Shown in pieces: positions 52,211-64,000 of a stretch of 64,000 nt of DNA; the first letter of the stretch is position 1, and every line of letters starts with the position of its first letter. The stretch comes from Callorhinchus milii (Eukaryota). The notes beneath the pieces are model-generated. The model was not told the DNA's origin. It was given only the letters and a program-made list of their open reading frames with translations, and searched no databases. Made by a program: the position numbers and the translations under genes. Location of the stretch: the NCBI RefSeq assembly GCF_018977255.1, contig NW_024704742.1, positions 41,790,001 through 41,854,000 on the forward strand, given 5' to 3'.

Positions 52211-52829
52211 AATAACCTCCAAAACTGTGTCAACATACTTACTGGAAATATTGGAGTGAAGATTATGGAGGTGATGTGTTGTCACCGGTGATAATTAACA
52301 CATGAGACGTGGCAATTTTCACCCCAGTGCGAGATCCATAATTCCGGATGGAGTCTATCGTACTGCAATCCAAGCATAACTAGCCATCTGCCATTCTCTA
52401 CCTGACACAACATGAAAGCAGAAGCCATTTGTGTCATTGTTTACAACGCAACAAAGCATTTGCCACAGAGGTTGATCACCCAAACAAATGTTTTGTGAAT
52501 AAAATGATGTTGAGTGCCACTCTGCTCCACTTAATGTACACAAGTCAACAAAACACAGAGGAAAAAACACCATGGGACATGGCATAGGTCATACAATGAC
52601 TTATAACACATCTTTCTTCCAAATAGTCCACACAATACAAAGTGCTTCCAGGCAGTTTGATAAAATTTAGTAATTCATTGTGGGTCTTGTCCATGGAAGA
52701 TCCACAACAATAATATAATCTCTTATTGGAGTGAACGGTTATTGTCTTTTGCAAAACCGGAGGGGATGATCAGAAGAGTTAAAGACTAATTGTGCAGATA
52801 TGAGGAATTACAGAAATCTCCAATCAAAG

Positions 52830-53352
52830 CAGTGTGTGATGGACATTAAAGATGCCAAGGTACTATTCACAATGAGAAAGGACATTCTCTGGGTGTCTTC
52901 CATCCAGATCCTCCAGATAAAATCCTCCAGGTGAAATTGATCATTCACTTGGTTGTTTGAGGGACATTGCTGGGCACAAATTGGCTGCCACATTCACCTA
53001 CAAACACAAAGTTGTACCCTCCGCCCCATCATCAGAGGTCGCGCTTTCAGTCACTACTCCCCTAAACCTTGGAACCCTCTCCCTCCATCCCTCCGCCTTG
53101 CCCCCTCGCTTTCCTTTTTCAAGTCCCACCTGAAAACCTTTCTCTTCGACCATGCTTACGACCACCTTCCCCCTCCCCCCTCCCCGCCCGGCTTGGAGAC
53201 AGGCTCCGCCACCATTAAGCGCTCTGAGACGCTGCCCTGCGTGGAGGACGCTATATAAGTGCAAGTTGTTGTTGTCACTACACTTTAAGGTAATTCTGGA
53301 TTTCAACTGGATTTAGAAGGCATTATATCATATGCAAGGATTATTATTATTA
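52830..53352 (+). mobile_element. Deu-SINE interrupted by an L2-derived element (53012-53277)
   Basis: The SINE resumes (TCACTACACTTTA) after the (TTG)n tail. Confidence 0.85.
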
Positions 53353-53859
53353 TTTGTTTCAAAAATAAAATTATTGTTCCTTATCTATCTGTCACATGTA
53401 TATCTGAGAAGTCAGGAAAAAGGATAAGGATACCTAGGCCTCCCAATAGCTTAATTGTATGTTAAGCAATATTTAACAGTTATTTTTATTGAGTCCAGCC
53501 ACTTGAAAACAAATCCTAGAATATTTGACAACTACTTTTTGTGTGGATTTTTTTTTAGATGTTTTCAGGTTTTAGCACATGATATATCCACCGAACTGTT
53601 GAAGTTGAATTAAAATAATTCAAAAGCATTATGTAATACCTACTGGAAGCCAATTAAAAGAGCAGTAAAATCAGCAGCAATAAGGCAAAATAATAAAAAA
53701 ATTGCTGAGGCTGGAGTGTGAGAGTTTCAAGGGTAATGAATGTTTTATAAACAGACTCTGAAGCGATAGATGTGTACTAACAGTAGTTCTAGTCCAGTAA
53801 AAATGTGTTCAAGTCATTACAATAACCATAAAAACACATTTTTAAAAAATGTTAATATC

Positions 53860-54700
53860 TCATCTCAATACTCCATTCTCCTCGTACTCCAAACTTGCTG
53901 AGTAATACTGTTCAACATTCAAACTCAAGTCACTTCAGATCTCAGATCAAGATCTGAGGTGGATCATACGGTGCTTTTGGTTAGTTTGTATAATTTTATC
54001 CTAAAACAATTAAAAGATGTTCTACCAAATGCTAAAATGACTCCTTAAGCCACATGGGGATATAAATGTAAAACATATTAACCTATTTCTTTGACGATTC
54101 TACAGTGCATCCAATCTGCTCCATGTGCTCTGTAGATGTTTAAAGTAATTCTTCAAGTTCCTTGTAACCTATGCATTGCTTGACTGTATGAATACATTTC
54201 CCAAGCTCTATTTAGATTGAGGACTTGTTCAAAGTTTTCATTTGTATAAGTTGCTTTGAAGAGATAATTTAGCAATAAAATTGGGGATCATTTTACATAG
54301 TGGGCAGGATAGACATGAGGACTAAGTAATTTAGTCTTGGGTATTTAAGATGTTTTCTGTTCAGTTCTTTAATTTTTACTATAGTGCATTTGTCTTTCTC
54401 TCTCCTTTGCTTTGTTCCTATCTGGCTTTTATACTATAACCTTTCATATTTTCTTTCAGTGCAATCTGCAATAACATGAAGTTGACAGTGAATAAAATAA
54501 TAATTTCTTTGAACTTTTGCCACTGGGCTATCAAGCAGTACCTGGAGCACACAAGTTCAAAGCTGCCAGAAGGAGATTGGAAATGCCTGTGGGCAAAAGC
54601 AGCCACTGTATGTATCAATGGGAAGAAATCACATAAAATAGCAGCAAGAAACAAGGAATGGGAAAGTCTGCTTAACTGTACAAACAATAGTTAAGGAATT
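53860..54700 (-). pseudogene. Dynein pseudogene: end of tail / start of first linker (DHC_N2)
   Basis: ORF 54418-54687 IHTVAAFAHRHF..LIAQWQKF resembles DNHD1 VRALHELIRNHF..LLDMWEAF, followed by LLSPH.. and LNRAW. Confidence 0.55.
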
Positions 54701-54846
54701 ACATTAGGAGTGGTCCATGATTGTTTAAGAAATCTGGGACAGAACGTTTCTTATGTTCTTAGGCTTAAGACCAATGCCTAAAAATGTAAAATTGTGTGGA
54801 ATTGTGGGATTGTGTTGGCTCCAAAGTTATATGTCTTGCAAAGACA

Positions 54847-55163
54847 AGAGTCCTGTAGCTCAGTGGTTAGAGCACTCACTTTGCAAGTGAGAGACCTGAG
54901 TTCAATTCCAGGCAGGGTGAAACCTTGGGCAAATTTCCTTACTCCACACGCCTAATAATAATCCCTCCAAAACCAAAAAACAATAATAAATTGGTCGTTT
55001 TCAATCTACGACTGTTTGTGGGACATTGCTGTGCACAATTGGCTGCCGCGTTCGCCCACAAATATAGAGTCAATTCACTTTACAGTATATTCTGTGAAGC
55101 GCTTTCGGACATCCTCTCGACGTGAAAAGCGCTATATCAAATGCAAGGATTATTATTATTATT
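54847..55163 (+). mobile_element. Full-length young tRNA-derived SINE
   Basis: Near-identical to 22961-23285. Confidence 0.95.
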
Positions 55164-56019
55164 AAAGGGAAGGTGGAATTGAACCATTACAGTGTGTTAA
55201 TTTAGTGATCCAATACCTGAGCCAGGCAGCGCTACAATAATCCAGAGCACTGTTGATTAATGACCAGCCTGCCTAGATTACCAATGGGATTTAGAATCAG
55301 CATTCTACCCCATGAGGCAATGCCCTAACAGGTAGAGTAGGGTGCTCATTGTTAGACTAACAGTGGAAAACTCCTAAGTGCTTTGTAAGAAGGTAAGTTA
55401 TGCATTTTTAGTTGGCTAAATTCCAGCAGTATTCCAATATGTACTCTGGGATCCCTAATGTCATGGCTTCTGCGCATCTATTTTTCCAAGTATAGGAAGT
55501 GTGCTGTGCCACATGGGATGGATTACACACCTTAAAATTGGCAAACACAAACACGTTTCTGTGTGTTCTCGGTCAGTGAAACTCAAGTCTCTTAAGCATG
55601 GTTGAGCCCCAACCAATTAAAACCTGCTCTCATGTAATTTAATTCAGTCTTTGTCAGGATAGTGTAATGCATTGCTTCTGATGTCTATGATTGCACATCC
55701 TGATGAAAAACCTATTAACAGTCTGTCAAAAGAAACATCTCATGAATTTGTCTATGTTAAAACTATGGATTGTTATGCATGAGCAGCTCTAACACTATGC
55801 TTGGGCTCTCTGTTTGTGATTACGATAATATTCCCATTTCTATTGATCATTGCTGCAGGATTACTTAATCCAATGTGTATACATAGCCAGTTTACTAAAA
55901 TAATCTATGAAATCTCTTTAGTCCTAAACATGCACCTTCCTCCATGGGGATCATTTCTATACATTGAATATTTGAGCAAGCAATAAATAATTAGAATTTA
56001 TAGTTAAATAATTATTCGA

Positions 56020-56760
56020 TCGCTATGATGACTGATATCCTTCAAATCCCTCAAGGTCAAAATGTAGTGAATATGCATCATTTGAAGGCAGCTTGTAAAC
56101 CTGCAAAAACAATTTCCTTGTAGTAATTTCTTCAACAATCAATTGCAACTCTCTGTAGTTTGCCATAGAAACATTAATCTTTGTAGCTTGGTCCCCATAC
56201 AAGTAAAATCTAGGCAACCATTCCGCAGTGAGCTATTCCTTCATTAAACACAGAAAAATATCTGAGGATTTTACTGCAGGAATAAATATGCATTGTCAAA
56301 ACATACCAGCAGTTTTCAATTACATATAAACATGTGTCTAATGCCACATAAATGAAACATAGCAGATATGAGAAATTGTGGAAATTCTGGACTAGCTGAA
56401 AAAAAATCAGCATCTGAGCAATTTCCTCAGAGAAATAAGAGCTCAGTGCTTTCTGCTTGGTTTCTTCCACCTGATCAAACAGGAAGGGCTGGAGCTCAGA
56501 GACTTTGACAAGCTCAGCTGTGGAGTTAAAAGAGAGAAAAATCATCAGATCTGCCTGTAACATTACATGTATATTGGGTCATTTGTGTGTCGCTGTGGAA
56601 AAAATATCAAAGGGAAAGCAATCAGCTCAACAATTGGAAAAAGTGATGAGGAACAGCAAAGGAAACTCATCAGTGCCAGAATAAAATAATCCTCCAATTC
56701 TCTTTGATGTATTTTCACAAGAAAAAATATGAAAAATAGATAGACTCTGAGCAATCCTCC
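56020..56760 (-). pseudogene. Dynein pseudogene: tail (stem) remnant
   Basis: Three abutting minus-strand ORFs (56563-56754, 56210-56563, 56023-56217) contain LFPIVELIAFPLIFFP and EWLPRFYLY..NYREL, resembling single-headed inner-arm dynein stems. Confidence 0.5.
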
Positions 56761-56931
56761 AGCTCAAGGGGTGGATTTCAGCTAAATTTCAGTTGTGTGA
56801 AGTGCTTTGAGACGTCTTCCCAATGTGGAAGATGCTATATAAATGTAAATTGTCGTTGCTGTTGTTGAATACTCAATAGCAACTAGAGGTCAGTCAGCTT
56901 GCTGCTTCTGCCTACCTACCCTTTGTTATTA

Positions 56932-57200
56932 CTAATAATCCTTACAATTGATATAGCATCTTTCATGTTAGGAGGGCATCTCAAAATACTGCACAGGATA
57001 TGCTGTAAAGTATAATGACCGTGTATTTTGTAAGCAAACACTGCAGCCAATTTGTGCACAGCAACGTCCCATGAGGTGATGACGTGAATGACCAATTTTA
57101 TCTGGGGGATTGTTGGTCAGAACAACTCCCTTATCTTTTCAAAAAGCGCCATGGGATTTTTAATGTCCACTTGAACATTAGACAGTCAGGACATCAGTTT
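56932..57200 (-). mobile_element. Deu-SINE fragment
   Basis: Reverse tail and Deu block. Confidence 0.75.
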
Positions 57201-57411
57201 ATCATACTTTGACATATTCTTGCCTCCAGTGGCTGTGCAGAGTGGAGAATAATAGTTGTACATTTAGAAAAAAGTAGATAATATCCCATTTAAGTGCATT
57301 TATTGCTATTAGCTCTTTAGACAAAAGACCAAAGTCTTACAATGGGCTATGTCATTTCTGACAATTCACACTGCAAACATACACTATTTTTCCTCTCTCT
57401 CATACTCTTAC

Positions 57412-57848
57412 GTTCATGAGGTAATTAAGACTGAATACTGCATAAACATTAAATCAGTAGGTCAGGTCATTTGGAGTCCTGTTGTGTAGTGGTTAGTGCA
57501 CTCGCCCCACAAGCGAGAGGACCTTGGTTTGATTACCCAGGCAGAGCGAAACCTTAGGCAAGTTTCCTTGCTCCACACGCCTCTTTTTACTTATCAGTAT
57601 GTAGGAACCCGATTGTTAGCTGATTGTCGGATCGCTTTTCCAGGGTTACTAAACCCTTCAAAAAATATATAAAAATTTGGGTCACTCAATCCATGACTGT
57701 TTGATGGGCACTACTGTACGCAATTGGCTGCCGCGTTTCGCCCATAAAATATACAGTCAATTCATTTTACAGTATATTCTGTGAAGCACTTTGAGACGTC
57801 TCAAAGATGTGATAAAACGCTATATCAAATGCAAGGATTATTATTATT
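57412..57848 (+). mobile_element. tRNA-derived SINE (long variant) with a 5' extension
   Basis: Head starts at about 57473; the upstream ~60 bp is shared with 46127-46190. Confidence 0.85.
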
Positions 57849-59625
57849 TTCCACAATTGTGCGTCACCTTAAATTTTAACCCAAATTGTATCACAGGAAG
57901 GATTTTGGAGCTCAGTAGACTATAGTGGCAACTTCATTTCCATTTAACACTTCTTTACTTCTGATTCCTGCTACATTATCTCCTGCTGGGTTTGTCAATG
58001 TATGTATTCTCTAACTATCTGGATGGCAAACCTAGCACAGATGAAAGAAACATGGAATTACTCATATATTGACCATTGTCCTTTCAGAAATACATCAGAA
58101 CACATAGAGATTAGGGGCGAGTTTCAGAGGATGGACTCTCCTATACCAAGTCCTTTGGCACCACCAGAGAAATATTACCAACAGTACAATATAAAGGAAT
58201 ATTACCATCAGTAGAATAGAAAGGAGTGTCACTTTCCATGGAAGGGTGACTTTGACTACCTTCTAGTAGGTCAATAAAAGTATGAAGCCAGGGCTCACTA
58301 ATGTTAGAGACTAGGTTTCAATATCTAATCTCTCAGTCCTCGACTGAGGCCAATTCAATTAACATCTGCTCGTGACTGCTTGTAATACTTGCTAGTGGCT
58401 GCAATGGAAGCCTTTACTAGGTAAAATGTATTCCAAATAATATCATAAAAGACCCTTAGAACTGAAAGAGAGAGAGAAAGAGAGAAAGTCTGGGATGGAT
58501 TTAACCAAGTAACACGGTTAAAACAAAGTTGCAAATCCCAAAAGGCTTAGTTGCCAGTCTTTTCCTAGAAAAAGCAAAATCTCCGCATGAGGTTCATTAA
58601 ATTTTATTTATTGATATAATTACGCTGTTGTAACCTTTTAGATTTTAAAATGACACCTTCTTGAGATTTTTCTTTCAGATCAGTTCTGTTGATGACTATC
58701 GAAGGTAACAGACTGGAAACTGGGGGCTAGTTTTCTCAGTTTTTCCCTTGTGGACGTACATGAGAATAGAACAAAAAGGTGACTCAGTGCATTTTAGGGG
58801 ATGTTTGAGAAGGGCCTGAGGTACATAAAACATGGAAGTCGGTAACTAATACTGAACACTGCAGAGACGCTGATTGGAAGCTGAAACCAGAAATAAATTG
58901 CTCAGTGACACTCAGTGCACTCAATAATCATTTCCATTTCTTCCATCTGAGCAGCAAATCTTTCATATTTTTTAAATTGAAGGCAATGGCCATTTTCAGT
59001 ATTGATTTCAAATCAATTTGCACTAAACCTGACACATGAAATTGACGGCGAGGACTTTTTCTAATTATAGGCGATCCAGTAGCTCCAAGTGATAGAGTAA
59101 CAGATCTTGCTGTCTGAGATGTTAATGTGGGTTGGAGTCCAGACTATGAACATAAAGCCTGAAACCTTTGGTGATCAGCCTGAGGTACCAGAATAACATG
59201 TCAGAATTGTTTTTATAACATATCCCGTGGGATGTTTTTTTTCACAGGAAACTGATGTGTGAGCTATTTGTTTCTATTCTATATATTTTGGTTTGGAGCT
59301 ATTTTATTTTTCAGGTGATTAGGTCACAGAGGCAGGTCTCATGAGTACATCCCACCCTCCCCCATTGAAAATAATAGGAGTGCATGAAACATGCAGCATT
59401 ACTGTGCCTAGAGCAACATGCATCCATTCCTCCTTTTTATCCTTCCAGTGAGAGCACACATTGAAATGCCTTCACAGTAAGAGGCCCTGGGTATCGATCG
59501 CAGTTTCAAGTCACATTCAAATCCAGCTACCTTGTATTCGTGAGTTTCACTAGTTCTTAGATAGGCCACTAGGTGGAGTGGATTGCAGCAGCAATGTTCT
59601 GCTGCAATCCACGAGTGGACTACTG

Positions 59626-60042
59626 GAGTCCAGTAGCATAGTAGTTAGCACTCGCATCAAAGCGAGAGGACCTGCGTTTGATTCCCGGGCAGGGCGAAAC
59701 CTTAGTCAAGTTGCCTTACTCCATACGCCTCTGTTTACCTAGGAACTCGGTTGTTATTCGATTGGCGGATCGCTTTCCAGGGTAATAATAATTCCTTAAA
59801 AAAATGTGGTCACTCAATCCAAGACTGTTTGTAGGACACTGCTGTGTGCAATTGGCTGCCGTGTTTCACCCACAAAATATACAGTCAATCCACTTAACAG
59901 TATATGCTGTCAACACTTCGAGAAGTCCAACGATATGATAAGGCACTATATCAAATGCAAAGATTATTATCATGAGACATTAAAGTGCTTTGAGATATAT
60001 CATTGATGTGATAAAATGCTATATCAAATGCAAGGATTATTA
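59626..60042 (+). mobile_element. tRNA-derived SINE (long variant) with a second tail
   Basis: Head, CORE-like and Deu blocks, two tails. Confidence 0.85.
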
Positions 60043-60359
60043 AATTTTGGTAGTTTCTGTCAATTGTCATTGGGTAAATTATGCCAATTATGGCAACCAG
60101 CTTTTAGTTGCCGATGTTGAATGACACATATGTAAGGAATGTATTTCTGCTATACTGCCTTGTCAGATACCAAGGCAAATTAGTACTTGACAGCCAACTA
60201 GCATTGATGACTGTCTTACTAAATCTAGGAGTGATTAGTGCTATTCCAGTCAATTCAAACTCATCTGCTTCCTCATCCTTACCAAGCTTTGCACACCCAT
60301 CACCTTAGTTCTCGCTTGGCTCTACTAGCTTCCACCAATCAATTTCAAGGTCCTCTCCC

Positions 60360-60720
60360 TTACCTATAAATCTCTTCCTGCTAAAGCAGCTAACTTGGAC
60401 TTGCTGCACATCCACTGCACTCTCCACATTGTTGCCCATCTTTGTGAGTTTCATTTATCAGTGCAAAACGATTCACAATAATGTGGCTTAGCTGGATCCC
60501 AATGGAATCAACCCCATCAATACAGAACCAAATTACAAGGATGGCTGTTCTGTCCTCCATTTCAATACTAATAGTTAGGCTTTTATTCAGATGCTAGATT
60601 TCATTATGGTTTTCGAAAATAATTACAAACTCATCTAAGTGTGACTCAACCTCATCTCCTCTAGAAAACTTCTTGATGAACCTGGCAATGTTAGAGAAGC
60701 CATAGCCCCAGCTCAGCTAG
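60360..60720 (-). pseudogene. Dynein pseudogene: N-terminal tail remnant
   Basis: HPCNLVL...SHIIVNRFALINETHKDG...QWM resembles the PYxL..HYIFSxFGILHVxP.EG..W tail motif of DNHD1/DNAH6-type proteins. Confidence 0.5.
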
Positions 60721-62584
60721 AGATCTGCTTGATCAATCTGGCATTGTCAGAACACAGCTAGAGTCACAGATTATCTCCAGTGAACGTAAAGAAGAAACTT
60801 TATGAAGAGAAACCTGTTTTCCAAGGAATTGTGAACACAGAGTAATAATTTTGCATTACAATGAATAGACAGACAATTTCTTTGCTCATTGTAACAATAC
60901 CAGCCTGTAACCAATGGGTTTCTATGGAAATGCAGAGGATGTACAGGTATTAAAAACAGATGTTTCTATGAATGTAATGAAGTGTTGCCTTGTGTGCTGA
61001 AAAAGCCCAGATATTGTGCAGTAGCATAACAAGGGAGTCACATTATAATGTGTTCAGCTATGTCTTCTAATTAATGTCCTCTAAACCCTAGGACTGAAAT
61101 TTCTGATGTTCTCTTTGTCCTTATTTTCCCCACATTATAGCATAATACAGTAACAGCATTCTTTGATTAATATAATTTTCATTTGGAAGCTCACCTCAGT
61201 CACAGATTATCTCCATGGAACTCAGAAAGGTGAGCGCATAGAGGTGCCTGAAAGTAAAGCCAAACAACAGTGCCATAGTTTGCTTTAAAGGGGGTTGTAA
61301 GTTCAAGACCCATATCAAAACCTAAGGTTGTAGGATAGGCTGACAATCCAGTCCTAGGGACAAGATGCATTGTCTGAGGTAACACATTCAGAAGATGTTT
61401 ATCCAAGGACTTTAGCTCATCTGGGTTGTCATTAAAGATCTCCTGTCCTGGCTAACTATCACCCAGATTAATTGATTATTGTTCTCATGGTTATTTGTAG
61501 GACCTTACTGACACAAATAGCATCTGTGTTTGTTCACACAACCCAGAACAGTCTCTACGCTTGACAGTAATTATCTGTGATACATCATGTTTACATAATA
61601 AAGTACTATAAAAATAATAGTAATACTAATGTAATTTCTTTTTCTCAAAGAATGCCTTTGAAAGGAAAGAGTGCCATCATAATTGGATTTAACTGAAACG
61701 CGTGCTCTACATACTTCCTCAATGGTAGGTATCTGTGGAAAAGGCAGTTAACAGTAATGAAGTGATGAAATCCAGCACAGAGTCACAGTAAAGCGGGATC
61801 ACAGAGCTGAGTAATGAGATCCAGACTTTATGACTAGTGTTTAACAGAATCTGCCACCTTCAGAGGGTCTCTACTCCACAGAACGGATCCGTACTTTCTT
61901 ACCTCTTTGCATATAGAAATCTAGCCATGTCTAACACAATACTAGTGTGACACTCCCTCTCTCCCCCACTCCATTCCCCTTTCAGAATGGAACACAGCTG
62001 GTGCTTTTGCAAATGTACATTGTTTAACGTAGATTGAGAAACATGTCTGTGATTATCACTGTAGGAAATTTGAGGCCTTTTGTGTAAACAGTAGGGGTGC
62101 AATAATTTTGTGAACATGTGTAATTCATCATTGATTACAGCTGTACTTAACTAAAATTTTCCTAGTTAAATAATCATTTCACTGCCATTTAGGGTAAAAC
62201 AAGCCAGTTGCCACACTGCTCTTTTCAAATGTTGTCATTTAATGATACACTCAAGTCTTACGACAGTGCCTTTAATTACAGGGAAGCATAAGTTTAAGAT
62301 ATTTTAACATTTGTCATAAAAACAGCAAGCAAACAGAAAACAGGAAATCAGTCAAATGTTGGGCTGGCTATTTCACTACAAATGGCTATTGATCATATAA
62401 AATCTGCTGTCATTGTTTGGCTGCATTGCTAGTGTCTTTAGTTTGTCTTTAAGCTTAAATTAGGGGCATTCTGATTATCTGATGATAAAGTAAAACTTCA
62501 TCACTGGACATTGGTGGATGATAGAAAAGTACATTTGAAAATTAATTTGATTCAAGGTTATCAAAGAGAAAACAGTGAGCGTTG

Positions 62585-62830
62585 GAAACCTAAAATAAAA
62601 CAAAAGCAATGATGGTGGAAATCTATTGGCATCAGTAAGGAAAAGATTGTTTAACATTTAGAGCCGGTAATGTTTGAAACTTTAACCTGTTTTCTCCTTC
62701 AGATGCTGGTTGACATGCTGTGGATTTAGAGCCGGTAACATTTAGAGCCGGTAATGTTTGAAACTTTAAGCTGTTTTCTCCTTCAGATGCTGGTTGACAT
62801 GCTGTGGATATCCAGCAACTCTGTTGATCT
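62585..62830. mobile_element. Inverted pair of Penelope-like termini with an internal tandem duplication
   Basis: Degenerate reverse terminus, then GAAAC.TTAA..CAGATGCTG..GACATGCTG twice (period 84). Confidence 0.55.
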
Positions 62831-63224
62831 AAGGTTATATTGTATTTAGCCACAAGATACCGCATATAACTTTAATTTGATGACTTCATTGTTTAGTGAG
62901 ATCAAGCTATTAGCGTCCAGTTAGCTTTGAACGTCAATTTAATTGCAGAAAAGTATTACAATATTAGTTTACCACTTAGACTGCCAGAAGCTCCAGGGTA
63001 TATCAGGCTTACAATTTGTTTTCCAAGTTTTCAACTCAAGCAATATGATGCAAGCAAACCTTCCCTATTGTATGTCACAGCTATTGAAATCTATTGGGAG
63101 TAGTTGAGCTGTTAACCCAATTTTACTATTTTACAAATATTTAAATAACAACAAAACAATTTACTTCTACTTTCACTCTTTTTCTTTTTTTCTACACCAA
63201 AGACTCACAGTCTAGGTACAGAGC

Positions 63225-63555
63225 TAGGGGAGCGCTTATTGTCAGAGATGCCATCGTTCAGGTGAAATGTAAAACTGAGGTCCTGTTTGCTGTTCAGGTC
63301 GACATTAAAGATCCCATGGTTCTATTCAAAAAGAGAAGGGAGTTTCTCCTGGTGCCCTGGCCAACATTCCCCCAAATAAAATAGATCAGTCACTTCATGG
63401 TTGTTTGTGAAACATTAGTTGTCTCACAAAGTAATGCAAATTGACAGTTGCATTCACCTACAAATACACAGTCACTCACTACAGTAATATCTGTGGACCT
63501 CGTTGAGGTGATTCGATAATGTGATGAGGTGCTATATCAAATGCAAGGATTATTT
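63225..63555 (+). mobile_element. Deu-domain SINE
   Basis: Deu block and tail. Confidence 0.8.
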
Positions 63556-63754
63556 ATAAATTTTCCCCATTCTCTCTTTTGCTTTCATTTTGTAATTTTA
63601 CTGTGACTTCATTTCAAGTTACTCTATTCTAAAATTCTCTATTTCACCCTTGAAATAATCCTTTCCTGCTTCACGAGATCATGCCAAATACAAATATCGA
63701 AATTCAGATGTTTAATTTCTGGTAGAATAAAAATATCGTGGCCATTTGCTACAA

Positions 63755-63965
63755 AAACAACAACTTGCATAAAATATAGCACCATTCATGCGGGGTAGCC
63801 TCTTGGAGCAATTAACAGTGGTGGGGCCTGACTCCGAGCCAGAGGGAGGGAGGGAGGAGGTGACCGTAAGCACGGACAAAGAGGAAAGTCTTCAATCATG
63901 ATTTAAAAGAGGGGAAAGAGGAGGCAAGGCAGAGGGATTGGGGTATTACCTTTTGAGGGTGGCAG
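63755..63965 (-). mobile_element. L2-derived short element
   Basis: (AAC)n CTTGCAT tail; matches 46200-46320 reversed. Confidence 0.75.
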
Positions 63966-64000
63966 AGTACAGTTTCTGGGTTAAATAATATTTCTATGCA

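Larger units (their letters stand above)
6230..60720 (-). pseudogene. Decayed giant dynein heavy chain-like gene (DNHD1/DNAH6-like) with duplicated linker+AAA1-3
   Basis: More than 20 inter-repeat segments translate, with stops and frameshifts, to dynein motifs in correct order on one strand. Examples: IILQVWDPTQSWI, TACMITIVISFFRDV, VLTP..KCIKT, KLVKLY..VGIGKT, GFYD..PPSGGK, FKDAA..SP.GLF..FSPG, NWARGL..TWPFL, YVLL*YC, GGWNQF, ACPVH. Manual comparison only. Confidence 0.8.

Noticed and set aside
60762..61235. Direct repeat GTCACAGATTATCTCCA at about 60763 and 61199
   Set aside because: Real but short and isolated; I cannot interpret it, and it is not a regular array.
1..64000. CRISPR array, rRNA or prokaryotic operon
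   Set aside because: Repeat content is typical vertebrate nuclear DNA, with no repeat-spacer periodicity or rRNA signature.

Overview
Vertebrate nuclear DNA, most likely a holocephalan cartilaginous fish (Callorhinchus/chimaera-like). This is inferred from the repeat families I recognise. The window is dense in repeats: L2 and CR1 LINE pieces, one near-full-length L2 at 13.5-16.9 kb, many tRNA/Deu-domain SINEs with L2-type tails, Penelope-like ends and DNA-transposon relics. I found no intact protein-coding gene. The main result is that the 'unique' DNA between the repeats, translated by hand on the minus strand across stops and frameshifts, gives axonemal dynein heavy-chain motifs in collinear order from about 60.7 kb down to about 6.2 kb. 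It looks like a heavily decayed, unprocessed pseudogene of a divergent DNHD1/DNAH6-like dynein. The motif order is tail, linker, AAA1, AAA2, AAA3, then a second linker, AAA1', AAA2', AAA3', AAA4, stalk, AAA5, AAA6 and C-terminus, suggesting a giant 'nine-AAA' dynein with an internal duplication of linker+AAA1-3. All dynein matches are by-eye comparisons to remembered consensus motifs and need tBLASTn/HMM confirmation. Coordinates of decayed features are approximate.
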